From assembly GCF_964355755.1 (NCBI RefSeq), contig NC_092679.1, positions 11,267,432 through 11,331,431 of the forward strand: a DNA stretch of 64,000 nt, written 5' to 3'. This DNA comes from Antedon mediterranea. Taxonomy: Eukaryota > Animalia > Echinodermata. The notes beneath the pieces were generated by a model that was not told the origin of the DNA, did not search any database, and saw only the letters and a list, made by a program, of their open reading frames with translations. Positions 1-13,619 of this stretch are shown one piece after another (positions within the stretch are counted from its first letter, which is position 1; every line of letters begins with the position of its first letter). Made by a program: the position numbers and the translations under genes.

Positions 1-759
1 TAATGCTGCCAAATCCAAAGAGCAATAATTAATGTTGTAAATTATGTTGTACAGTGTAAATTATGTTGTAATTTTTATAAATTACATTCAGTTTTAATTA
101 TTTACATTATAATTTACATTATATCATTCATTGCACTTTGTATTTGAAGTCCCCAAGCCCTTACAAAAAAGCAGAGGGGAAACTTTTGCAGTTGAGTGTA
201 CATTAAATGGTGAATTCTATATTCTTGTCAAGAGTCTTTAGTAGTGTAAATTCTCAAATATTTTATATTTATTTCAAGAACAATTCCACTACAAACAATT
301 CATTTTAATGTGAATCAAATAATTCCTTCCAGCAATTCTAATAATATATACAATATTGATTGACAATTGTTCACACGCTAAAAACACAACAAAAAAACGT
401 CTCGTCATATTAAAAAAACTAACAATTAATACAACATACATATTGTAGTCGAATTTACGGTTTAAAAAAAAAACAAATTCATGTACTATAGTACAAGGAT
501 TTTGTTTCGAAAATTGGATAAAATAATGTCGACTTTCTCAACTTTTAACAAAAAGTCTTATTCTATTATTTAATATTTGTATTCATTTAATACATCGATC
601 ATGTGATAAACGCCTAAAATTTACAATTTTTAGTATACCGGTATTCAAAACAATCTCCTAGATTCTTGGGCCCCATTGGCCAATTGTCCAGTTTCCTCAT
701 TATCTAATTGCGTTATTTACTTTTCCGAATCAGAAGATTGAGCTGTACCTTATTGGCAG

Positions 760-1600
760 AGGCCGTAGCAAAACAGATGAAGAATCCGACCAACACGCCT
801 CCTGCTACTGATTCACCAGAGGGAGATGGATCATCGGCGAATGAAGAAGAGATTACCCCTTTAATTAGTGACCTTCTCGAAGGTGAGCTGTCAACAGGGT
901 GTCAATTGACAATGATGAACACTATTACCTTGGGGTCGGACATTCTGCTTCCCACCAAAACAAAAATTTGAAACGATCGATATATCGAAATAAGGTCTCT
1001 GTTCCCCAACCAACGCACATATGTTGGTGACTATAGCAGGAAACCAAGTGCGAGTCGAGAGCAACCAAAAACGAAAACAGCTCACGGTTTTAGAATGGCA
1101 ACAGGAGTTCCACATCTATGCAGTCATTTTCTTCCCAAAGGAACGCTTTAAAATATGCGAACAGCATTTTGGAGTTGTCAATTACCGCCCAGAACAATGC
1201 ATGGCGAGCATACGATAAACAATTCCAAAGAGCCCATCTATGATGCTCCTTGAAGTGGGAGGTACTGCACCCTGAACTGATGCTAAAGCTAGTGACATGT
1301 CAATTGGTCCCGATGACCACTTCAAGGATTAGGACGGGGTTCAATCAGTCCTTTCGTGGACAGACAGATCACGGCCAGAAATCAAACAGCCAAGCAAGGC
1401 AACATTACCAACACTAGTAAAAGTTTAAGTCCTGCACTCGTACTTAACCGGTTACTCACCACGCCTCTTTACAAATTTAATCTTAGGGAATTTCAGTCGG
1501 GTTCAGATTTTATTGAACCACTTCCCCTCCGCCAGGAATCGCACGCAACCATCCTAGCACCCTTAACCACCCGGAGCAAATCACAAATTTTATTAAAATT
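760..1600 (+). mobile_element. DIRS-like (tyrosine-recombinase retrotransposon) gag relic, frameshifted
   Basis: Fragments read KRKQLTVLEWQQEFHIYAVIF (1021 ORF) and WRAYDKQF (~1202-1225). These match the W..AF.IY and W..YD..FR motifs typical of DIRS gag ORFs. Many stops and frameshifts. Confidence 0.55.
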
Positions 1601-1604
1601 GGTA

Positions 1605-2095
1605 TCCAATGCAAAAGGTTAGCAGACCCGTTCATTCTCAGATTTTGTAGACAAATATTTATTATTGCCTACACCTTCATCTTTCATGGTTAAAAGACAT
1701 TGAAATTCAACCTGGATTTAATAATAACACCATCTTAAGCGTAATGCAACAAAGGTTGCACACTTCAAGGATAGAGATAAATTGTGTGAAAAGCATTTGA
1801 TGAGATGAGCTTAAGAAAACTGCTATCTTAAGATGAGAGTTATGATAGAATTGAAGGATTTGAAGATTATGGCGTGTTACTGTTAGAAAGGACATCAAAG
1901 GTTGCCAATCATGCACTAGTGTTCGTTGTTCAGGGGATTCTTTCCCATTGGAAACAGTAAATTGGCTACTTCTTGTCCAGAGATGCTGCGCCAGCAGAAA
2001 AGATGATTGATCTTCTCAAAGAATGTATTTTAAAAGTTACCTCAATTGGTCTAGTACCAAAGGTGACCAAGATAGTAGTAATGTGAATCTCTTTT
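1605..2095 (+). mobile_element. P-element (THAP9-like) transposase relic
   Basis: Frameshifted motifs LPT..IEIQPGFN, AFDEMSL, DRIEGFEDYG and ANHALVFVVQGILSHWKQ*IGYFL. This is the N-terminal catalytic region of P transposases. Confidence 0.85.
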
Positions 2096-2807
2096 GACTC
2101 CTTGATGTTAACAGAAGATAAAATCAATACTGCACTAAGAATTTAACATTGCATACAGTATGTATGTATAGCCAGAGCCTTGCAGCATGGCGCTACTCTA
2201 CTATACTCTATACTCTACTACATTATACTGCGTGTTGTCCCTTTAAAAAAAATAGTTTAGCTCCAAAAATGGGAATTCCCCTGAATAGAAAACAGCGGAA
2301 ACAACACACGTAAAGATAATGTATTACAAAATGTTCAAACCGTTTACCGCAGGTACTGTTTTTTATTATTCAGTAAACGAAGCAAACAAATCCGTAACTA
2401 CCTCATGAATATGAATGAGGCAAAACGTTTGTAGCGTTAGCACTTAATGCTTCAATGAACATGGTTACACCCACCTCATTACGGAATTGTATATAATTGT
2501 ATAAGCCTGTACCATCTCACTCTGTGCAAAAAGATAGGTAGACACCACACATTAAAGTGCATCCAACAAAGTGTGACGAATGTGGTGTGAGCAAAAAAGT
2601 GGAAAGAATAATGAAAAGAAGACGTAAAAAATGATTTTGCAGAGCCTTGATAGACCTAGTGGCAGAACTAAAGAAGCTAACACAATATCTCAGGAGCGAT
2701 TTAAATTAAACGAGATTTGACACCTTTCATGTCCGGACTTTCAGCCTATGACTTTGGCAAGATGTTTTTGGTTTTGCGGCCTAGCGATGACGTTTAATTA
2801 AGGTAAA

Positions 2808-4183
2808 TTGGGTGTTGCCCAAAGAAGAAAGAAACGTACTAAGACATCTGTTTGGGTCAACGAAATTAACAAAAAAAGAGCAAACATGGGCCAGTATATG
2901 TGTTTTATAAATAATGATTTGCAATCTATGGAAGACGATTATAAATATTACAGAATGACAAAGGAACAGTTTGAAACCATTTTAGACCTAATCATAAATT
3001 AGTGCCGACATAAAAAAACAAGACACTCGTTTTAGAAAAGCAATTACACACCCAGAGAACGTCTGTCCGTTTTTTTATAGTAAAATAAATAACCAAGTTT
3101 TATTTAAATAGGTAACCGACAATTACTAACAATAATCAGAATGAAGAAAAATATTTGTTTTTAATGGAATGCTATCCATATATTTACAACCATTGCATAA
3201 ATAAATTGGATATTGGATATAATAATAAATCTTAATATTTATCTTTCTGTACAGGTTTTTGACTACAGGCGACTCAATGGATCATTTCATTATAACTATA
3301 GAATGGGCGTATCAACTGTCTCTATGATAGTGGTGGAAGTGTGCATAGCCATCAGGAATAGACTCAGTGGGATATATATGGCAATGCCATCATCATCTGA
3401 CAATTTGGAACGTTTTGCTAGGGACTTCTACATACGATAGAACTACCCTAATGCATTGGGCGCGATTGATGGAAACCATGTTCATGTTACAGCTCCGAAC
3501 AATAGCAGGTCTCAATATTTCTGTTACAAGTGTCCATTTTTCCATTGTACTTTTGGCATTGGTAGCTGATTATTGCTTTACATATTATATTGATGTAGGC
3601 AATTTTGGATCAGTGAGTGATGGAGGGATATACTCCAGAAGCTCCTTGGCAGAGGCAATCGATAATGGCAGAATTCAATTTACAGGGCCCACATCTTTAC
3701 TGGATGCCCCTGAATTGGGTACAATGCCACATGTAATACTCGGAGACGAGGCGTTTCTATTAAAGTCAAACATGATGAGGCCCTTTCCCAGTAAGCACTG
3801 ACGAAAAGAGAATTTACAATTACAGGCATTCTCGGGGAAGAAGAATATCAGAAAGTTACTTATGGTCAACTGTGTGCACAATCCCGGATTTTTTTAAGCG
3901 TCATCAATTTGTCTCCAAATAATGTTGATCATGTTATAAAGGCAACATGTGTCCTTCACAATTTCATAAAGAAAAGAAGCCCCATTGTGATGCCTACTTG
4001 TAACTCCCATTTGAAAGCACACAATCAATTTTATACAATTGTGAAGGAATCTCCAATTTGGATAAATTAGGTTACCGTGGGTCACACGACGCAATAGAAG
4101 TACCCGCAACAAGTTTGCAAGGTATTTTATTTCTGAGGCTGGCATAGTTTCTTGGCAAAACAAGCATTGTTTTGGAAATTAGA
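2808..4183 (+). mobile_element. PIF/Harbinger (HARBI1-like) DDE transposase pseudogene
   Basis: Motifs in order: WVNEINKKR, YYRMTKEQFETILDLI, DTRFRKAI, YRMGVSTVSMIVVEVC, ALGAIDGNHV, FSIVLLALVAD, IDVGNFGSVSDGGIY, VILGDEAF, and a late C.LHNF. Probable GT-AG intron at ~3080-3254. Frameshifted. Confidence 0.9.
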
Positions 4184-5356
4184 GTAATATAATGGATTTA
4201 TGGAAACAGTCTGGTATTGGGATAAAGAAAAATTAAATTAGTACCCTGGTAACATTTCTCTCTACATGCCAGATAGTACAGTATATAAGTTTTTTAAATT
4301 CCTAAAAATCTTCATGCCACATGAATAAATATAGTTATGTCAAAATTTCGACATATATACTTTTTGTTTTATTTTTTTTTGTTGCTATGTCGAAATATTT
4401 ATATTCATGCGGCAGGAATAGGTTTTCATAGATATTTAGTTATTGTTCAATTCGATGATAAAATAGACAACAAACTAAGAATGTAAAATGAAACTGTTCA
4501 ATTTTTATTACATGTGAAAAGATGCAGTAGAGTTGCATATAAAAACATTTGATTCTTAAATAAAGAAATACACAGAATACAAAGTACTGGAATCAACAGT
4601 GTGTAGTTGCTTGCTTATAAATTAAACTGACTGCCTAACTGAGAAGGCACCTTTATTTATATTCTCTTACATGTGGGGTGCTAATTATGACCTCATCGAA
4701 ATTGTAACAATTTTAAGTCACAATCCCTTATTTGGTATAGCACACAACAAGTGTGCATGACAGTAAAATTTATGGGCCCTTTGGGAGTACCTAAGTACAA
4801 AAGTCTGCAAAGTGCAGTAGGTACTTAAAGTGTGTTGGAGCACAAAAAATAACAGAGCTAGTACCAGTTAATTCCCCAGTAGTTGAATGCCATGTGTGTG
4901 CGAACGAGTGTGAAAACCATTTTGACCATCCATGACGATTTTGACCATCAAATTGGTGGGTAGCTAAGGGTGCGTTAGAGCGACACACCATGTTATTAAC
5001 CGTGTACTTAACCGGTAGTCACTGTAAATTTTTTACCGGAAGTCGTCATCGTAATGTAGCCCATCATCGCATACTTTGTTTACAAATTTCCACAGGCTGA
5101 TCCACGCGATTGATGATACAGTTGTAATTATTTTTTTTATAAAGTAAGTGACGGTGTGTATTCATGAAGAAGAACTCAGACCTAAAGTTCAAGATGTGTC
5201 TGATCGTACGTCTTTAGCTAACATTCCATCCTATTTCAAAGAAAATCGCAAAAATCGTCATGGATAACTACCATATCTTGGAATCTGACCCAGTAACTAA
5301 GAACATTTTCAATGTACATCCCATGATATCATATAAACGAGATCGTAATCTTAAAG

Positions 5357-7265
5357 TAGGTATCCCAATGAAAAAATTCAGATTAATTTTTTTACTTTTT
5401 CTTTCAGTTAACCATAAAGAACTTAATGTAATTAGCATTTTGCAATTTAAATGATTGAAATCCGATTACCCGTTCTAAAGTTATGGTTATTTAAAGTGGT
5501 AAAAAAATATACGATTTTTTGCCTAAAAATGGTGTTTTTTGCAGTTGAAATTGGAAGCATTTTTAAAAGGTTATAACTTTTACAATAATTAGTTAAAAGT
5601 TTTGAATTTTGTTAAACCTATAGATTTAACAATTAAATTATTGGTCCGCAAAGTGGTAGGAAAGCATTTAGCGCCCATTTTTGCTGGAATTCCCTAAAAA
5701 AATGAAAAAACTGCAATTTTTTAATGATCTGTAACTTTTGAACTACTGTACTAATTCATTTAATTTTTTTTGTACTTGTTAGAATGTAGTGTATATTTCA
5801 TTAATAAATATATTTTAGATGTGTATATGAAAAAAAAGAATTTTTTAATGGTGAAATTTAAAATTATTGTTTCCTTTCTTTTACACTAATTTTCGGTAAG
5901 TATAATTATTAGAATATTTTAATATACTTTATATTTATAATTTCAATCATAAATACTATTATATATAACTTTTGAATACGTAAAACAAGATTTTAGGCCC
6001 GTATGATTATGACACCAAATCTAAGCCGGGCTGCTAAGTAAAACGCACAATGGGTCAAAATAAACTCATTTAAAATAATCAATGTTAATTAAAACAATTA
6101 ATTGTTTACCTGAATAGTATATATAACATTATAAAAATTGTTTTCTTTTCGTATTATTACGTTATTAAATTGAAATACGAAGCTAAAGTTTAGGCCAAGT
6201 CACGGCTTACTCGCGATCAGTAGTCGCTCCCGTTAAAGTATTTCGGTCGCAGTTAATGACTTTCGACCGCCGTATACAGAGTCAAATGTAACGTTGGTAA
6301 ATTAGCTTAATAAATTTCTTCGGTACATTTTAACCTAACGCATTTGCATTGTATACTTGCATAATAAATCTTCCGCACATTACATCAATTTTAAGTTGTT
6401 AAATTAATGTGTAAAACCAGATATTCTACGACGGAATAGGACATGTCAATCTCCGACATCGCTGCTGTCACACATCTCGCGTCAAGCCGGCCGAAGTCGA
6501 GCGAGGAAAACTAAAACAACGTGTTCAAAATATGGAACGTACCATTCGCTGATAGGGTGCATTGATGTATTAAACGGAAAACGTCACAACAAACTAGCGC
6601 GTACTTTACAGTACAATATTTTACTCACTACAATATTCACCGGATTATAATGGTTCAATCTTCGAAATTCTGAACGGGATTTACGCCTCATGCACCATTT
6701 TAAAACGTAGTTCGCGCAATTACCATGCACAATACGTTTGTAATCTATGTTTTATCGATTTCAATGTAGATTTAGCTATAATTTAATACCAAAATCCATA
6801 ACATTTTTCCATAAACGGTGATTCAAAATTGGTTTTTTGTCACCAAAATTGATCTTTCGTTACGAAAAACCTATTTATAGAAGACGATTTTCACATCAAA
6901 TTAAAGCTCATTTAAAGCCTGATAACATACAACAAAAATTAATCCGCTAGCTTCAATGGTAATCGTGCGATCGTGTTTTGAAAACTGATGGGGATTTTCC
7001 GAAGAGCTTTTCAACGCGCGGAAATCGGCTCGACAGGATTTTAGAACCGTTTTAAAATCGCATTTTCTCGGCAACTACTTCATTAATTTTAATTGTAAAC
7101 ACACTTATACATAGATTAAAACAAGTACTTTCAAACAATATAAATTTTTAAAGTATTAATTAAGAGTGAACACGATTTATTTACCATCAAAGTCATACTA
7201 CTTATTCAAATTTTTTTAATATTTCAAAAGTGATACCCCACTGTACGCTTTCATTGGGATACCTA
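5357..7265 (+). mobile_element. Non-autonomous DNA transposon family A, full-length (1.9 kb), TAGG termini, 7-bp TSD
   Basis: TIR TAGGTATCCCAATGAAA...TTTCATTGGGATACCTA. CTTAAAG is duplicated at 5350-5356 and 7266-7272. Near-identical copies occur at 47269-50097 (-) and 62611-63927 (+). Confidence 0.92.
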
Positions 7266-7913
7266 CTTAAAGATCAGTTAGTGAATTCTAAATTAAAATC
7301 ATCGAATCATAATGATGTTGGTATGACTAAGTGTAACAGAAATAGATGTAAGACCTGTAAACATGTATTATGTACTAGTAGTATCATAGGACCACGTAAG
7401 AATTTTGATATTCAAGATAATTTTAATTGTGTCTTTACTAATGTGATATATGCTATTATTTGTACGAAATGTAATGTAATCTATGTTGGAGAAACTAAAC
7501 GAAGACTTGGGGATAGATTTGTAGAACATTTACGTTCCATTCATCTTAATACACCCGGTCTTCCTGTGGTAGAACATTTTCATGATAACCATAATATATT
7601 AATGATATACGTGTTACTGGCATAAAACAATGCAACTCATCCGAACGTGACCGTAGACGACTAGAAGAACGTATAATTTTTCAACTTGGAACCCAATGGA
7701 CTTAATGTATCATTTAAATTATTTAGGAATTGAGTTCTATCTTGTCTATCTGATTGACATGAGTTATTATTATGTAATACCTTTTGTTTGTTAATGCTTT
7801 TGTCGATTTGTTATTTGCTTGTTCATTGTTACGCCCATATAGCCTATAATAGACTCCTTGTTTTCTATGTACCCTTTTTCTATATGTATTCGTCTTTTAC
7901 CAATATTCTATCA

Positions 7914-7950
7914 GTACCTGATGATGACCTATGGTTGAAAGTACTAGTAC
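7914..7950 (+). ncRNA. Minimal type-I hammerhead ribozyme motif in a Penelope pLTR
   Basis: gtac-CTGATGA-t-gacc/tat/ggtt-GAAA-gtac-TA-gtac: conserved core boxes, short stem II, palindromic stem III. Confidence 0.65.
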
Positions 7951-8347
7951 AATAAATATTTTATTTTGAGGCAGAAACAAGAAATTTGTCTGTTTTATTT
8001 TTATACATGATTCTGCCTATGCAGCACCTATTTCTTTCCTGATATTAACCTTTAAATATAGGCCTAGGTGTGCTAGCAATAACAGTGAATACATTTTACA
8101 TTTATAAATTATATTGCCATTGCTGTCAGAATTTTTGAAAACATGCAGGCTATAAGTATTAGGTATTAATATTATTTTGATAAAATTAATGGCAATAATA
8201 GACGCAAGGCTGGTTGTACTGTTATAACATTGTTAATATTAATTACATACCACCAATAACGCATTCTTCTGGCCTAAATATTTTGACTTTTTTTAACAAG
8301 AAAAAAAAGGAGTGTTTACTTAAAAACAATATATATTTTTTATTACA

Positions 8348-9050
8348 GACAATCTCGATGACATTCCCGACGACAATCCCGATGACATTCCCGACGACAA
8401 TGTAATAAATGATTCTGACGTAAACATGGAGCCAGATGATGACCTTAATATTCGGCCACCAACAGCAAAAGCAAGACCACAAGGTATGAAAAATCACATT
8501 ATATATGATGGTCTTTAATTTTATGAATTGCTTAAAAAGTTTAAAACAAGTTCAAGTTCCTGAAAAAAAAAACACCACATTTTATAATTATTTTGAAAAC
8601 AGATACCTAATTTTTTTAACATTTAATCCTTCTTTGCATAATAGCCTACCAAAAAAAAGAAGAAAACTAAATTTGAGTCTACTCTTAATCGTTTCAATGA
8701 AGTGAGTGAAGAGCAAGACCGTAGGTTTGAAGAGAGGATGGCTGAGCGGCAAGAACGAATTATGGAGCGACAGGATCGAATGATGCGAGACTTCATGGAC
8801 CAACAAAGGAGCATGATGGATATGATGTGGTACATGTCGCAGCAACCATATTACAACCACAGTATTCAGCATGGCAGCAGCCACCAAACACAAGTCATAC
8901 ACCGATAGCACGCTATCCACCAGTAACAAATCATCAACCAGTCACAAACCATCAACCAGTTGCACACCATCCAAGACAAACACTACAGGCCACACACATT
9001 AAAACGTCCACCAACAGAAGATTCAGCTACTGTGTCGAATATAATGATTA
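8348..9050 (+). pseudogene. Low-complexity exon-like relics (acidic repeats, Met/Arg/Glu coiled coil, Q/H/P tail); possibly the C-terminus of a transposon accessory protein
   Basis: An AG/GT-bounded segment lies at 8348-8483. The ORF MSEEQDRRFEERMAERQERIMERQDRMMRDFMDQQR follows, then 18-bp PVTNHQ repeats at ~8920-8973. No diagnostic domain. Confidence 0.3.
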
Positions 9051-9155
9051 ATGTATGGCCAGGCATACAGTAACTTATTCATGCAGTTTTATATTATTAA
9101 TATGTATACATCAGTACAGTATTTTAATTATTTTTCTTTTTGACTTAGGAAAGAT

Positions 9156-9696
9156 ATGAGTAATTGTTGCAGGCTTTGTGGTGTTAGCAGAGTAACAGTA
9201 ACACAAACCGATGCCTACAAGAAAGGTAGATTTCAATTGCAAATTCAACGTGCTTTCAACATTGACATCAGTGATGACATTGACAATGATTGTTTTCCCG
9301 AATTCATATGTGAGATTTGTGTTCAATATTTAAGAAGGTGGTGGGATAAAGCAAAGCGGAACAAAAAGGTTTTATTATGCATTCAGCTTGCCGAGTTTAA
9401 AGATAATGGCAGCCCAGAGTTTAAAATCAACTGTAGTGAAGTCCAAAAGTATGCAGCAAATCTTGGGTTTGGTAGTTGTATTGATGAGAATTTCCATGTT
9501 TTTGCAATTGTCAATAAATGCGGTAAAGTTAGCAATTTCTGTAGATGGGGGTTGTTGGGAAGTATATGCCTATGGAAAGCCAGTGAGTAAGAAGGGTCAT
9601 CTTCAGAGCTTTGGCAAGAATTCTGAAGATATTGGTAAGTTGATATGCGCTGTGTCAAAAATGACCCATTGTGCTGGAAACACAGACATGGATTTG
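9156..9696 (+). pseudogene. Cys-rich zinc-binding N-terminal exon resembling the RAG1 N-terminal region (zf-AD-like alternative); transposon-derived relic
   Basis: MSNCCRLCG...IQRAFNIDISDDIDNDCFPEFICEIC. One frameshift at ~9525 leads into LAISVDGGCWEVYAYGK...HCAGNTD. GT donor at ~9696. A homologous relic lies at 28100-28430. Confidence 0.55.
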
Positions 9697-9764
9697 GTAA
9701 GCAAACAAGGCATATAAATTGTATATAATAAATTAATCAATTAAAGAGTGTGCCTATTTTCACA

Positions 9765-10500
9765 GAATTGACAGGAGGGGTACTGGTAGAAGACTGGATC
9801 CGTGATATGGAATACCTATGGCTGCAAGCACCATGCATCAGAGCTTGCAGTTTTCTACGATTGTAAGAAACCTGGGCGGATCAGCAAGAAAATTAGTATT
9901 GAATATCCCTGAACAATTACAATCACCCAGGATGGCATTTACAGAACTTAGACAACAATATAGTGACATGTGCGGTGGAGACCCACTGGCTACATTTTAT
10001 ACACGGACTGAACGCCCCAATGAACCCGGCTCAATATTTGCTGTAGAATTAGAGGCAAAACTTAGAAGAGCAGAAGCAATTTTAGGCAAAGGTCCCATGC
10101 CTGATTGGGATCGGATGTTGATACAGCAGTTTGTTCGTGGGTCAGATCAAGGCGGACTATACAATAGAATTACTCCAATGAGTAGGCAGCGACACGCAAC
10201 AAACCTGTAAGTTAATTGGTCCAACAAAGATTAACATCAATGGCAAGGAATGTATGGCTTTACTAGATTCAGGATCACAGATTTTCAACCATTAATCAAG
10301 ATATATATTCAGATATATTTGGAAAAATTGATAACATTTTAACTAACTCATTGGAAATCTTAACAGCAAGTGGAGAGTCTATGTCACATTTGGGCACGAC
10401 CACTGTGAATATTGAAATAAAAGGTGAGTGATTCCATAATGTGCCTGTTTTTGTTGTACCAGCTACTAACTTCCGTAAAAATGTACCAGTGTTAAAAGAC
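9765..10500 (+). mobile_element. Ty3/Gypsy LTR retrotransposon relic: PNMA-like gag plus aspartic protease
   Basis: The gag-like stretch reads IVRNLGGSARKLV...ELEAKLRRAE...RMLIQQFVRG. The protease motif INGKECMALLDSGSQI lies at ~10236-10283. Confidence 0.8.
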
Positions 10501-13429
10501 ACGGGATGTATACGAATCGTATACGAACAAACTAGGCCATTTATAAATTATAACAGTAGTAATGTACGTAGGAGCTAAATAAAACATTTAAATTGCCATT
10601 ACAAAAAATACGTACGTAGGCTGGCTCTCTGGCCTAGCAGCCCTAGGAGCTACGACATAAGACTAATTAGAGAGTAGTACTAGTAGGCAGTAGAGAATCA
10701 TAAAATTAAATAAGGCTCTCCTATATTTATTAGATAGGCTTATGGTAGGCTACCGATAAAATTCAAAACACTTAAATACGCTAAACAGGTATAGGTATGC
10801 CTAGAAAGGACATATTCACAAATCGACGATGTTGTTTGCAGTTTTCCTTTATAAACATATGACAGAGGTCAATAAGTTCAGCCGCCGACGACGACCGAGC
10901 GTCGCTCGGTTGCAACTCGCAGTCGGCTCGGCTCTCTGGTGGCCAGTCATGCATATCATCGGGTACGTTCGATCCTCTCAGTTTAGTTTGTCACGCCACG
11001 TGCGAGCTTTTGGTGGTCAAATTACATCGTTTATGTTAAGCGATATTATTCCGCGAAGTGTGTTGTAGCATGGAGATGGAGTAATAAAAACCATGACCCA
11101 AAACAGAAGTGGGATCATGTTGATAATGTACATTAACATTATATAATAAATGTATATATACAAAAACAGCATAAACTGGATATTTAACGTAAAAAGAAAA
11201 ACATTACGAATGATATGAGGGTACGTTTATTGTAAATAATACACAAATCAAAGACATAGTGTCTACTATATATTTTCAGGCTACCATTTAACCGGTTATT
11301 GAAAACTTATCCTTTTTCTGTTGCCAAGAAATCAATTGTTATTTTATTGCAGCAGAAACAGGATCTTGTGTACGATCAAAACTGAATTTTAAGGATGTAT
11401 TGTTCCCCAAATAAAACCAGATTTTGAATATGAAGTTGATCACTTCCGTAGAAAAAAATAAAAAGACAAAATTAGTGGTTATAGTAAATACAATTATATC
11501 GATCAGATTGAATTGCTTTCATTTATCTCGGTGGTATTTCTGCTTGGTGATTAAGAAATCATAAATCATGTCTTTTTTTATTTCATGGTATTCCAATATG
11601 TTAAAAAAATAACCACCCTCAACTGTAAATAACAAATTAAATACGTCTACTAAACATTGTTGATTTCCCATGGACCCAACAATACCCTAACTATTTCATT
11701 AATAATTGTTTATTTGTAACAGAATATTTATTCATTGTCCTTTGTTAATTCAATTGTGTGACACTTACATTAGATTGTACATGCTGGTGCTATATATTAT
11801 GTAAAAAGATGAGTCATGGTTATCAGATTCTTGAAAAAGATTATTTTGAGTTAGACTCATACTACATTCATTAAAATGATAAACAAATATCCGGCAGGCG
11901 TGTGTACAGAGGGGGCACAAAAATACTTTTAGCCACTAATATTGTACACAATTTTATTACATCCTTTTTAAGTAACAAATATTCAATATTATAGTAAAAC
12001 GTCTAATTCACGAATTTATTAACATTATAATTCTATATTTAGAAGTTGGCCCAGCTAACGGCATAGAGACCAATAATACGAAGTTACAATCAAGGCGGTA
12101 TCCTCGCAACTAGGCTCATAGTTGTTTGAATAAAACCTATCGTATTAAATAGTATCGCGCCCGCGCATATACAACAAAACGTTACAAAGGTTCACATATT
12201 TATATTAACGATTTTTTTCAAATTTACGAATACCGCTTCCTGTCATTTGATGGAGGCATAAAAATGGAGGCGTGGGGTACCTTACCAGGGAGATGTAAAA
12301 TAATTATTTAACATTAACCTGGTTTTACTACCTTAGCGTGCAATTTATGGATTATATGTAGATTATGGTCTCAAATTGTATTCATTAGTGACAACTCTAG
12401 GAAATTTACAGCAAGATTTCTGTATTCCTAAAATGCTCTAAAACGTCGGAGCTTACAGGGCCTCTTTGTATTTGGCTGTTGAATGTTTTGTTGGCACCCC
12501 CTAATTCTGCAACGATGATGATATGAATAAATGCATCGTATTTCTATTTCACTGTTGTTGATTAGGTTATTAAAATAATACAATATAACCAAATCTAATA
12601 GATGGGGAAAAGATAGCTAGCTAATTTTTTGTCAAAATGAGTGTACCACAGACTCTTTTCCTCGCATATTTTTCCCAGGCCTGGCCTAGTTACTCTTAGT
12701 TTACTAGAGTGGATACTGTATGTTAATATGCCTATAGCTAGCTAGCTGCTAAAAGTCATCAAATTTACTATCTACTTGAGCCTACTGTAACTACATCCCA
12801 TTTTTAATTTGTTATGGTAAGTTAAAAACCGTAGCCAAAAAATCCTGTTGGACAACTAACAATGATGGTTGAAAATGAATGAAATCTAATGCATCCATAC
12901 ATAGTCACACACAACATAGGCATGTAGTACACGTACACGTTTTGGGCGATTTTATTTGGATCATTCCAAATATAATAGGGAGCCACATGTATTCTACATT
13001 TTTGTTAAATCATAATTTATGGATTTTACTTACTCGTTTTAAATTTAATATACTGCGGGCACACTTTAATATTTATTTATTTATTTCCAAGTACATTAAT
13101 ATTAATTAAAGCACTTTCAAATTAATAACAGCACATTTTGTATGATTCACTTATTAATGGAATATACCAAAGGTAAAGAAATAGCTGAGGGGATAAACAA
13201 GGCGGAACAGCCTGGGTGTAAAATACAGCACCAATTTTTTTTATTCGCGAAAACTATGAACTAAATCATCATAGGGAATTTAATGTACATATACTGACTG
13301 AAAAAAATACAAACTGTACACTAATATTTATATTGAAGTCAAGATGCTCCTGGATAGCTGCCAACGTAAACGTATGCTATTGTCTTGTAAAAAGAGGGAA
13401 AGTCCCTTTTCGCTTGGTAATTATTATAT

Positions 13430-13617
13430 GACGCAGTTTGTATACACGCGTCGTATACGGATCATATAATTAGGAAATTGTTTATAAATGATCGTATACG
13501 GTTCGTTATGCGGGCAGGAACTTCCGAATTGACGTATACGTTTCGTATACGAAGCGGACTTCCTATATGAAACGTAAACGAATCGTATACGTTCGTATAC
13601 GGCTTTTTTGCAAAGGG
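13430..13617. mobile_element. End of a non-autonomous DNA transposon with clustered CGTATACG palindromes
   Basis: About six CGTATACG copies end in ...GGCTTTTTTGCAAAGGG. Related motifs occur at ~10508-10527 and ~158-172. Confidence 0.45.
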
Positions 13618-13619
13618 AT

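Larger units (their letters stand above)
5200..7950 (+). mobile_element. 3' part of a Penelope-like element (GIY-YIG endonuclease end plus pLTR), split by a MITE
   Basis: YKRDRNLK (ends ~5356) rejoins DQLVNSKLK (starts ~7272) once the MITE is removed. It continues with C..C..C, VIYAIICTKCNVIYVGETKRRLGDRFVEH (GIY-YIG). A hammerhead motif follows at 7914-7950. Confidence 0.85.

Noticed and set aside
9156-9696. A complete ProtoRAG/RAG1L-RAG2L transposon
   Set aside because: No RING, no RAG1 core, no kelch/PHD RAG2-like ORF and no RSS-like TIR pair were found in the window.
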